Assembly: GCA_050250895.1 (NCBI GenBank)
Contig: JBFWNU010000001.1
Coordinates: 840,008 to 904,007 of the forward strand
DNA length: 64,000 nt
Reading direction: 5' to 3'
Origin: Vulcanimicrobiota bacterium
GTDB lineage: Bacteria > Vulcanimicrobiota > Xenobia > Xenobiales > JADMJV01
Position numbers and translations under genes: made by a program. Of the stretch, positions 10,179 to 18,632 are shown piece by piece. Under the pieces are notes generated by a model. That model was not told where the DNA came from. It saw only the letters and a list, made by a program, of their open reading frames with translations, and searched no databases. Within the stretch, counting starts at the first letter, position 1, and each line of letters starts with the position of its first letter.

Positions 10179-13100
10179 ACGCGCCTTTTTCTGCCACCAC
10201 CCAGGCCTGGTTCGAGCGCCATTTCGCCGCCCCGACCAAGGTCCAGCGAGAAGGCTGGGAGGCCATCTCGCGGGGCGAGCACGCCTTGCTGCTGGCTCCT
10301 ACCGGCAGCGGCAAGACGCTGGCGGCTTTTCTGTGGTGCATCGACCGCCTGATCAACCAGAACCAGCGCAAAGGCACCTCGGTAGTCTATGTCTCGCCCT
10401 TGAAAGCGTTGGTCTACGACATCGAACGCAATCTGCGGGCGCCCCTGGCCGGCGTCACCCGGGCCGCTCAACTCGAGAATCCCCCCACCGTGGCGGTGCG
10501 CACCGGCGACACCCCTCAGCGGGAACGGGCCCGCCAACTAAAGCATCCGGCCGACATTCTGGTCACCACCCCAGAATCGCTCTACCTGATGTTGGGCTCG
10601 CGCCAGGCTCTGAATCTGACCGCCGTCGAGACGGTCATCATCGACGAAATCCACGCTCTGGCCGGCACCAAGCGAGGGGCCCATCTAGCCCTGACCCTCG
10701 AGCGCCTGGCCCGACTGGGCCAGGGCGATCCGCAGCGAGTAGGTTTGTCGGCCACCGTGCGTCCGGTCGACACGGTGGCCCGTTACCTGGGTGGCGATCG
10801 GCCCGTTACCGTCGTCGATACCCTCGAGCCCCCCCATATCGAGCTCGAGATCATCGTTCCGGTCGAAGACATGGAAAATCCCGGACCTGCGCCCGAACCC
10901 TCCGGGGGCTCGGTCTTGGGTCAGCTGCTCTCACAAGAGCAGGGGTCCGAAGGCACCGCCAGTGTGTGGCCCTCGATCTACCCGCGCCTGCTCGAGCAGA
11001 TTCAGGCTCATCGCTCGACCATCGTGTTCGTCAATAGCCGCGGCCTGTGCGAACGGCTGGCTCTGCGGCTCAACGAACTGGCCGGTCAGGAGCTGGTGCG
11101 GGCCCATCATGGTAGCGTCTCGCACGAAAAACGGGAAGAGATGGAAGAATCGCTCAAGAGCGGCCAGCTCAAGGCGATCATCGCCACCAGCTCGTTGGAA
11201 CTGGGCATCGACATGGGAGCGGTCGACCTGGTGCTGCTGGTCGAATCGCCCGGCTCGGTGGCGCGAGGACTGCAAAGGGTCGGGCGGGCTGGTCACCAGG
11301 TCGGCGAAATCAGCGCCGGGAAGATCTTTCCCAAGTTTCGCGGAGATCTGCTCGAGTGCGCGGTGGTGGCCAATCTGATGCGGCAGGGAGCCCTGGAGCC
11401 CCTGCGATTGCCCCATAACCCACTCGACGTGTTGGCCCAGCAGGTTGTGGCCATGGGCGCCACCGGGCCTCTCAAGCTCGAAGAACTCGAAGCCTTGCTG
11501 GCCCGCACGGCCAGCTTTGAAAGCCTGTCGCGCGAGATTTTGTTGGGACTGCTCGACATGCTGAGCGGGCGGTTCCCCTCCACCGATTTCGGTGAACTAC
11601 GGGCCCGGCTGGTCTGGGATCGCGACACCGACACGCTGACCGCTCGACCGGGGGCCAAACAGCTGGCCCTGGTCAATGCCGGCACCATCCCCGACCGGGG
11701 CCTCTACGGTGTCTACATCGGTCACGACGGCCCCCGGGTGGGCGAACTCGACGAAGAGATGGTCCACGAGGTCCGGCCCGGTCAGAACTTCTTGCTGGGA
11801 GCCAGTTCCTGGCGCATTCAAGAGATCACACGGGATCGAGTCATCGTCAGCCCTGCCCCCGGTGAGCCGGGTCGCATGCCGTTCTGGCATGGCGATCGCC
11901 CCGGGCGACCCATCGAACTCGGCCGGGCCATCGGCGCGTTCCTGGGCGAACTGGGCGCCAAGAAACGCTCGGCCGCCGAAAGTTGGCTCGAAGAGCACAC
12001 TGTTCTCGACGTTCTGGCTCGTCGCAACCTGCTGGACTATCTCGACGAGCAGAAGTCTTTCACGGGCGTGCTACCCACCGACCGGCGGGTCATCATCGAG
12101 CGTTTCCGGGATGAGCTGGGGGACTGGCGGGTCTGTATCCTGACCCCTTTTGGGGCACGCGTTCATGCTCCCTGGGCTCTCGCCATCGAGTCGGTGCTCA
12201 GCCAGCAAGCCGGCTTTGATTTTCAGACCCTTTGGACCGACGACGGCATCGTGCTCAGGCTAGCCGAAACCGACGAGTTGCCGCGCCTGGACCTGCTGGT
12301 GCCCGACCCCGATCTGGTCGAGGACCTGGTGCTCGAGCAACTGGCCAACTCGGCCGTGTTCGCCAGTCACTTCCGTGAGAACGCGGCTCGGGCCCTGCTC
12401 TTGCCCCGCCGGCGACCAGGCAAGCGCACCCCGCTGTGGAGCCAGCGTTTGCGAGCCAAGAACCTGCAAGCCGTAGCCATGGCCCACTCCAACTTTCCCA
12501 TCGTGCTCGAGACCTACCGAGCGTGCCTGCAAGACGTCTTCGACATGCCGTCGCTGGTCGAGTTGCTGCGCATGTTGTCGGATCGGCGCATCGCCCTCGA
12601 AGAGGTCGAGACCGAATCGGCTTCGCCCTTTGCTCGCTCGCTGGTCTTTGCCTATGTGGCCGAGTATCTGTACGAGGGCGACAATCCCCTGGCCGAGCGC
12701 AAGGCCCAGGCCCTGACCCTCGACCGCAACCTGCTGCGCGAACTGCTCGGACAAGAAGAGTTGCGCGACCTGCTCGACTCCGCCGTGCTCGACGAAGTCG
12801 AGGCCGAACTGCAGGGGCTAGCTGCGGACCGTCAGGCCACTTCTCGCGAAGCGCTATTTGACCGGCTGCGTCGCCTGGGAGACCTCAGCCTGGCCGAGGC
12901 CGAGGCCCGTTGCCAGGGGCCGGCTCGCCAGTGGCTCGGGGAACTCGAGAAAGAACGTCGGGTGGTCCGCCTTCACCTGGGCGGCGAGCCTCGCTGGGTC
13001 AGCCTGGAAGACGTGGCTCTCTACCGCGATGCTCTGGGGGCCGTCCCGCCTGGCGGGCTGCCGGCCGCTTTGCTCGAGCCCGTCAGCGGCGCGCTCGAGC

Positions 13101-14518
13101 AGCTGCTCCACCGCTACGCTCGCTATCACACCCCCTTTCTCACCCGTGAGGTGTCGGAGCGCTATGGGGTGCCAGCCGGCCAGCTCGACCCGGCCCTGCG
13201 CCTGCTGGTGGCCCGCAAAAGGCTGCTCTGGGGGGATTTTCGCCCTCTGGGTAGCGAGCGAGAATGGTGCGACCCCGAGATCCTGCGCCTGCTCCGCCGT
13301 CGCACTTTGGCGAAACTACGCAACCAGGTGGCTCCCGTCGACGCCCTGGTGCTGGCCCGCTTTCTCCAGGGCTGGCAGGGAATCGGAGAAACCCTGCGTC
13401 TGCCCGAGGTGGTGGCCCGCCTCGAGGGGCTGCCCCTGCCGTTTAGCGACCTGGAGAAACGCATCTTGCCGGCTCGCCTGCCGGCGTATGAGGGCAGCCA
13501 GCTCGATGAGTTGGGCCAACTGGGAGCCCTGGTTTGGGTGGGCTGCGGCTCGCTGGGCCGGGGTGACGGCAAGATCGCTCTCTATCGCCGCGATCGCATC
13601 GCCCGCCTGCTCGCCCCCCCGCCTCCCCCCGAGGAACTCGAGCCGCTGCAGGCCCAGCTCTATGGCTATCTCGAGCAACGGGGCGCCTCGTTCTTCTACG
13701 ACCTGCTGCAGGCCACCGGCAACCCCAAAGCCGAAACCCTGCTCGAGGCCCTGTGGCAACTGGTCTGGGCCGGCCAGGTCAGCAATGACAGCCTGGTGCC
13801 GCTGCGCCACCTGGGAGCTTCGGCCCGGCGAAAGCGAGGGTCCACCTTAATGGCCGGAGCCGGGCGCTGGTCGCTGGTGCGCGATCTGGTGCGCCAACCG
13901 GCCAGTGACACCGAGCGCCTCATGGCCTGGGTTCAGACCTTTCTCGACCGCTACGGAGTGGTCACTCGCGAGGCCGTCACGGCCGAGGGTTTCACGGGTG
14001 GATTTACCCCTGTCTATCAGACCCTGAAGGCGCTGGAAGAGTCTGGCAAAGTGAGGCGAGGCTACTTTGTAGAAGGGCTGGCCGGGGCCCAGTTCGCCCG
14101 AACCGGCACTGTCGACCGGCTGCGCGACCAACGAGACGAAGCGGGCCAGCCCGAAGTTCGCTGGCTGGCTGCCACCGATCCGGCCAACCCTTACGGCGCT
14201 CTTTTGCCCTGGCCCGAATGTCAGGGGCGCCCGCGGCGCGCGGCCGGAGCCAGCCTGATCATGGCCGATGGGCGTCCGCTGCTGTTTCTCGAGAAGAAGG
14301 GCAAGAAGGTGCTGAGCTTTCCTGCCGCCCACGAGCCGGAACTGATGCGAGCGAGTCTGGAAACCCTCCATCGCTTTGCGCGCTCGATCCGGGGTCGGGT
14401 GTGGCGCCTGGAGACCATCGATGGCGAGCCCGCTCGCAAGCATGCGCTGGCCGGCCTGCTCGAGCAACTCGGATTTCGGCAAGATTTTCTGGGCCTGATG
14501 CTGGTGGCCGGTGCCTGA
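10175..14518 (+). CDS. lhr: Lhr-family ATP-dependent helicase (long form); probable CTG start
   Basis: APTGSGKT, DEIH, SAT, ELGIDMG and QRVGRAGH, plus C-terminal AATDPANPYG; Q-motif region lies upstream of the TTG at 10286. Confidence 0.92.
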   Translation: MNAPFSATTQAWFERHFAAPTKVQREGWEAISRGEHALLLAPTGSGKTLAAFLWCIDRLINQNQRKGTSVVYVSPLKALVYDIERNLRAPLAGVTRAAQLENPPTVAVRTGDTPQRERARQLKHPADILVTTPESLYLMLGSRQALNLTAVETVIIDEIHALAGTKRGAHLALTLERLARLGQGDPQRVGLSATVRPVDTVARYLGGDRPVTVVDTLEPPHIELEIIVPVEDMENPGPAPEPSGGSVLGQLLSQEQGSEGTASVWPSIYPRLLEQIQAHRSTIVFVNSRGLCERLALRLNELAGQELVRAHHGSVSHEKREEMEESLKSGQLKAIIATSSLELGIDMGAVDLVLLVESPGSVARGLQRVGRAGHQVGEISAGKIFPKFRGDLLECAVVANLMRQGALEPLRLPHNPLDVLAQQVVAMGATGPLKLEELEALLARTASFESLSREILLGLLDMLSGRFPSTDFGELRARLVWDRDTDTLTARPGAKQLALVNAGTIPDRGLYGVYIGHDGPRVGELDEEMVHEVRPGQNFLLGASSWRIQEITRDRVIVSPAPGEPGRMPFWHGDRPGRPIELGRAIGAFLGELGAKKRSAAESWLEEHTVLDVLARRNLLDYLDEQKSFTGVLPTDRRVIIERFRDELGDWRVCILTPFGARVHAPWALAIESVLSQQAGFDFQTLWTDDGIVLRLAETDELPRLDLLVPDPDLVEDLVLEQLANSAVFASHFRENAARALLLPRRRPGKRTPLWSQRLRAKNLQAVAMAHSNFPIVLETYRACLQDVFDMPSLVELLRMLSDRRIALEEVETESASPFARSLVFAYVAEYLYEGDNPLAERKAQALTLDRNLLRELLGQEELRDLLDSAVLDEVEAELQGLAADRQATSREALFDRLRRLGDLSLAEAEARCQGPARQWLGELEKERRVVRLHLGGEPRWVSLEDVALYRDALGAVPPGGLPAALLEPVSGALEQLLHRYARYHTPFLTREVSERYGVPAGQLDPALRLLVARKRLLWGDFRPLGSEREWCDPEILRLLRRRTLAKLRNQVAPVDALVLARFLQGWQGIGETLRLPEVVARLEGLPLPFSDLEKRILPARLPAYEGSQLDELGQLGALVWVGCGSLGRGDGKIALYRRDRIARLLAPPPPPEELEPLQAQLYGYLEQRGASFFYDLLQATGNPKAETLLEALWQLVWAGQVSNDSLVPLRHLGASARRKRGSTLMAGAGRWSLVRDLVRQPASDTERLMAWVQTFLDRYGVVTREAVTAEGFTGGFTPVYQTLKALEESGKVRRGYFVEGLAGAQFARTGTVDRLRDQRDEAGQPEVRWLAATDPANPYGALLPWPECQGRPRRAAGASLIMADGRPLLFLEKKGKKVLSFPAAHEPELMRASLETLHRFARSIRGRVWRLETIDGEPARKHALAGLLEQLGFRQDFLGLMLVAGA

Positions 14519-15317
14519 AGGCGACACCGTTCACAAGGTGGCCCGGGTGATCGGGTCGGACCTGGTGGGCCAAACGCTAATCCAGGTGTCCCTTCAAGGC
14601 GTATTTGCCGACCAGAAACTGGTGGGTCGAAAGGTCGAAAAGGTCGAGGCGCTGGGCAAACACCTGCTGGTCGAAATCGAAGGCGGGGCGACCCTGCGCG
14701 TGCACCTGGGCATGCGGGGCAAATGGCACCGCTATCGGCCCGACGAACCGTGGAAGAGAAAGTCGAACGGAGCAGCGGTGGTATTGGCAACCAGCGAGCG
14801 AACCCTGGTTTGCTTTTTCGCCTCTGAGGTCGAAGTCTTTGCTACCAAGCGTCGTCGCTGGCACCCCCAGCTTTCGAGACTGGGCCCCGACCTGCTAGGG
14901 GCAGAGCCCGACTATCGCGACATCGTGGTCAGGGCCAGACAACTCTGTACGGTCGACCGGCTACTGGGCGAGGTCTTGCTCGACCAGCGCGTGGCCGCCG
15001 GAATCGGCAATGTCTACAAAAGCGAAGTCGCTTTCATGGGAGCAGGCTCCGGCTTTGGACCCAGCCCTCGGGGGGTCAGCCCCTGGCGTCCTCTGGCCAG
15101 CCTGGGCGACCAACAACTTGCCGACCTCTATCGCCGGGCCCGTAGCCTTCTGTTGGTCAATCTCGGCGGCCATCGTCGCATGACTCGAGAACAGGGACTC
15201 TGGGTCTATCAACGCGAGGGCGAAACTTGTCTCCGCTGCGGCAATCTAATTAGAAGTCGCCATCAAGGTCTCGAAAATCGGGCGACCTTCTGGTGTGATG
15301 GCTGTCAGGATGGTTAG
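14511..15317 (+). CDS. nei: Fpg/Nei family DNA glycosylase
   Basis: N-terminal MPEGDT, HLGMRG, GIGNVYKSE (H2TH) and C-terminal CxxC...CxxCQ zinc finger. Confidence 0.9.
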   Translation: MPEGDTVHKVARVIGSDLVGQTLIQVSLQGVFADQKLVGRKVEKVEALGKHLLVEIEGGATLRVHLGMRGKWHRYRPDEPWKRKSNGAAVVLATSERTLVCFFASEVEVFATKRRRWHPQLSRLGPDLLGAEPDYRDIVVRARQLCTVDRLLGEVLLDQRVAAGIGNVYKSEVAFMGAGSGFGPSPRGVSPWRPLASLGDQQLADLYRRARSLLLVNLGGHRRMTREQGLWVYQREGETCLRCGNLIRSRHQGLENRATFWCDGCQDG

Positions 15318-15495
15318 TTTCCAGGATGTTCGTAATCCTGTCGAATGGCATACTTAACGGGACCGGTCGCGGCGCCTCCGGGGGGAACAGCGCGCGCCGG
15401 TCGTTTTCCTTTGCGGGAGGAATGACGCCCACCCGTCAGAACCTATGTTCGAGTACCGGTTCCTCCGCCGCTCAGCCACCGAATGACCTGGAAAC
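15317..15495 (+). ncRNA. ssrS: Probable 6S RNA
   Basis: About 179 nt closed by GTTTCCAGG/CCTGGAAAC; 5' GATGTTCG and 3' CACCCGTCAGAACCTATGTTCGAG resemble conserved 6S elements; apical stem GACCGG...CCGGTC. Confidence 0.65.
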
Positions 15496-15516
15496 CTTCG
15501 GTGGCTTATTTCTTTT
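15474..15516 (+). terminator. Intrinsic terminator overlapping the 3' end of the putative 6S RNA
   Basis: AGCCACCGAA...TTCGGTGGCT followed by TATTTCTTTT. Confidence 0.55.
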
Positions 15517-15577
15517 CCAGAGATTCCAGGTGATCCGAGATCTCAAAGGAAAAGACACCTCTGGGTATTAAGACTGC

Positions 15578-16294
15578 ATGGTGTTCAACAACGTATTCGG
15601 GGCCTTTCGGCGCCTACTGCCGGGCGGGGGCACACCCACCGACGAAAGGCGCGAGATCGTCCGGGTCAACTGCAAGCTCCCGGCTAGTTGCGAGATCGGG
15701 GGTGACAAGATCTCGGTGACGGTTGTCGACATGGGGTTGCGCGGCCTGCGCATCGAAAGCCCGAAACGCCTCGGTAAAGGCCGCAAGGTGACGGTCAGCC
15801 GACCCAACCACGGCGGCCCGGTCGAGTGCAAGGTAGTCTGGAGTTCGGCCAGACGGTTCGCCGAGGTCTTTCAGGCCGGCCTGCAATTCACCGACACCGT
15901 CGATAACATGCGTAAGTCCTGGATTAAAGGCACCCTCCAGCAATTGGGGTTCTCGCCCGGGCGAATCAAAGAAAAACGCAAACACATCCGCCTGCCAGCC
16001 GAACAACGGGCCACCATCCAGAACACTTCCGGAGATATCCTCACCGACGGAGTGGTCATCAATCTCGGGATTGGCGGCGCCCTGATAGCCCTGGACATCG
16101 AGGTGGCCAAGACGGTCCCCGTGGTCTTGGTGGTCGACCCTCTCGCGAATTTGGCGCCCCTCGAGATGCCCAGCGAAATCCGAAGCTGCTACCGCCCCAA
16201 GAATTCCAGACAATATTTTCACGGCCTTCGTTTTCACGATCAGGATAACGATCTGGTCAAGCGCTACCTCGCGGTCCTTTTGAAGGGCCACTGA
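15578..16294 (+). CDS. Tandem PilZ-domain protein
   Basis: ERREIVR...DMGLRG and EKRKHIR...NLGIGG motifs. Confidence 0.8.
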   Translation: MVFNNVFGAFRRLLPGGGTPTDERREIVRVNCKLPASCEIGGDKISVTVVDMGLRGLRIESPKRLGKGRKVTVSRPNHGGPVECKVVWSSARRFAEVFQAGLQFTDTVDNMRKSWIKGTLQQLGFSPGRIKEKRKHIRLPAEQRATIQNTSGDILTDGVVINLGIGGALIALDIEVAKTVPVVLVVDPLANLAPLEMPSEIRSCYRPKNSRQYFHGLRFHDQDNDLVKRYLAVLLKGH

Positions 16295-17295
16295 TGAAAG
16301 ACCGTTTCGGCCGACCCCTCAAGAGCCTGCGCATCTCGGTCACGGACCGTTGCAACTTGCGCTGCCTGTACTGCATGCCCGAAGAGGAGTACGTCTGGCT
16401 CCGGCGTGACGACCTCCTGAGTTTCGAAGAACTCTCCGACACCGTGGACCACTTTCTCTCGTTGGGACTCGAGCGGGTCCGCCTCACCGGCGGTGAGCCG
16501 CTACTGCGCCGCAATCTGCCCCATCTGGTCGAGCTACTGAGTTCGAAACCCGCTCTGCGCGAGGTGGCCCTGACCACCAACGGGCTCCACCTGGCCCGTC
16601 ACGCCAGGTCGCTTTTCGAGGCTGGGCTGAGCCGCGTCACCGTCAGCCTGGACACTCTCTCGCCTGACCGATTCAAACGCCTGGCTCGGCGTCACAACCT
16701 CGAGGATGTGCTGGCCGGCATCGCGGCGGTGGCCCATACGCCGGGACTGAAATTCGACACGGTCGTGTTGGCCGACGAAAACGACCAGGAGTTGCCTCAA
16801 CTGCTCGAATTCGCCGCCCAGGTGGGAGCCGAGGCCCGTTTCATCGAGTACATGGATGTGGGCGGAGCTACTCAGTGGTCGCCCGGCCGTGTCGTCACGG
16901 CCAGCGAGATGCTGGCTCGCCTGGAGCGCGAGTTCGGGGCCATCACTCCCCTGCCCGCGCTCGATTCGGCGCCGGCCCGGCGCTATCGATTGGCCGATGG
17001 TCAAACCTTCGGAATCATTTCGTCGGTGAGCGAGCCGTTCTGCGCCAGTTGTGACCGCGCTCGACTGACTGCCGACGGCCAGCTCTTGCTCTGCCTGTAT
17101 GCCACCCGCGGACACGACTTACGGGGCTGGTTGCGGGGCGGCGAGGATGTCTCGGCCCGGCTCACCCAGGTGTGGTCGGCCCGCACCGACCGGGGCGCCG
17201 AACAGAGGGCTGCCCTGGAAAAACGGGGAACTTTCATCCCCATCGAAGAACTGCGTTGCGATCCACATCTAGAAATGCACACGCGAGGCGGATAG
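16294..17295 (+). CDS. moaA: GTP 3',8-cyclase MoaA
   Basis: LRISVTDRCNLRCLYC, LTGGEP, FCASCDRARL and C-terminal GG. Confidence 0.95.
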   Translation: MKDRFGRPLKSLRISVTDRCNLRCLYCMPEEEYVWLRRDDLLSFEELSDTVDHFLSLGLERVRLTGGEPLLRRNLPHLVELLSSKPALREVALTTNGLHLARHARSLFEAGLSRVTVSLDTLSPDRFKRLARRHNLEDVLAGIAAVAHTPGLKFDTVVLADENDQELPQLLEFAAQVGAEARFIEYMDVGGATQWSPGRVVTASEMLARLEREFGAITPLPALDSAPARRYRLADGQTFGIISSVSEPFCASCDRARLTADGQLLLCLYATRGHDLRGWLRGGEDVSARLTQVWSARTDRGAEQRAALEKRGTFIPIEELRCDPHLEMHTRGG

Positions 17296-17918
17296 TGGCC
17301 ACCGAATTACAAGCCTATCAAGAAATTCTCGATCGCCTCAAGCCCGCCCTCGACCAGGAAGGCCTCGAGGTCGAGTTGCTGGGGGTCGAGGACCAGACCC
17401 TCAATATCCGCGCCCGGCGCGTGGGTCCGGGCGTGCCCGTGGCGTTCATGGTGCGGGCCATCTCGGGGACGTTTCGCCGCTATCAGCCCGATATCCAGGA
17501 TGTCTGCCTGACCGAATACGACCCCGGTCCCGAGGACCTCAGGCCAACCAAGCCTTCGCCCGATTTCGAAAAGGTTCTCAACCACCGGCCCGCCAGTCCG
17601 ATCCCGCGGGCCCGAGGCATCCCCGGCGTGGACCTGTCGGGCCTGGACCGACGCCAGGCCGTGCGGGCGCTGGAAGCTTTCATCCGCTCCTGGTCACGAC
17701 GAAGCAAGCGCCTGCGCGTGTTAGGGCTCGAAGAAGAGCAGCCGCGACGGGCAGCCGAGAAGTGGGCATCCTATTACGAGCAAGAGTTTCATCGGATAAG
17801 AAAGGACGAAGATCAGCCCGGCGCCTGGACTATTGAACTCGAGGAGGGACTCGAGGCGGTCACCCCTGACGACCTCGTCGAAGTCATTCCGGGCAAAGTC
17901 TTCCTGGTCGAGCCATGA
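17295..17918 (+). CDS. Hypothetical protein with degenerate NifU-like and Smr-like segments
   Basis: GTG start overlaps the moaA stop; ILDRLKPALDQEGLEVELLGVED and VDLSGLDRRQAVRALEAFI. Confidence 0.6.
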   Translation: MATELQAYQEILDRLKPALDQEGLEVELLGVEDQTLNIRARRVGPGVPVAFMVRAISGTFRRYQPDIQDVCLTEYDPGPEDLRPTKPSPDFEKVLNHRPASPIPRARGIPGVDLSGLDRRQAVRALEAFIRSWSRRSKRLRVLGLEEEQPRRAAEKWASYYEQEFHRIRKDEDQPGAWTIELEEGLEAVTPDDLVEVIPGKVFLVEP

Positions 17919-18445
17919 GCGAAAAAGAAAGCCAACAAGAACCAGCTTCCCAGGGTGCCGGATTTCGCATTCTGTTGATCGTCACACTACTGGTGATGCT
18001 TTTCAACATGCGTCCGGGGGCGGTTGCCAACCAGAAGATCGGGGAGTGTGAAAGCCACCTCAAGTCGCTGGGGATCGCGCTGGAAAAATATGCCTATCGG
18101 CACAACGGGACCTATCCGGACAAGCTTCAGGAACTGGTTCCCGACTACATCGAGGCCCTCCCGACCTGCCCCGCCGCCCGCCAGGACAGCTACTCGCCCG
18201 GCTACGAGAAACACGAAGGTGGCGGGTATCGCCTGGTCTGCAAAGGAGAAAACCATGGCGATCTCGACATCCCCGCGGACTATCCGAGGATAAATTCTCC
18301 CCAGCTTGAAAATTCCTTAAGTGAAGAAAAATCCCAAGCAGAGTCGCCCGCCCCTCAAGAATCGCCAACGCCCGAAGAGTCGCCCACCCTTGATGACTCC
18401 GAGCGAGCGCCAGAAAATCATTTGCAGCCTGCTGATCCTCAGTAG
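17915..18445 (+). CDS. Pseudopilin/T2SS-G-like membrane-anchored protein
   Basis: One TM helix, then CESHLKSLGIALEKY...YPDKLQELVPDYIEALPTCP. Confidence 0.6.
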   Translation: MSEKESQQEPASQGAGFRILLIVTLLVMLFNMRPGAVANQKIGECESHLKSLGIALEKYAYRHNGTYPDKLQELVPDYIEALPTCPAARQDSYSPGYEKHEGGGYRLVCKGENHGDLDIPADYPRINSPQLENSLSEEKSQAESPAPQESPTPEESPTLDDSERAPENHLQPADPQ

Positions 18446-18632
18446 CTTTTTCCTCTTCCTGGGCTACGCCTCTGGTGCTCTGACGGCGCGCTCCTCGGGT
18501 CAGGGAATGTGTTTGTTGGTGCGCGACGCGGGTGGCACCGAGCGCGTGGCCCTGACTGTCTCTTCGTCTCGCTGGCCAAAACTCAGCGTATATGCGGCCA
18601 GTGGGGTTCAGGTGCTGGGCACGCGCGAATAG
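18393..18632 (+). CDS. Small hypothetical membrane protein
   Basis: MTPSERQKIICSLLILSSFFLFLGYASG hydrophobic N-terminus; fills the gap. Confidence 0.4.
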   Translation: MTPSERQKIICSLLILSSFFLFLGYASGALTARSSGQGMCLLVRDAGGTERVALTVSSSRWPKLSVYAASGVQVLGTRE

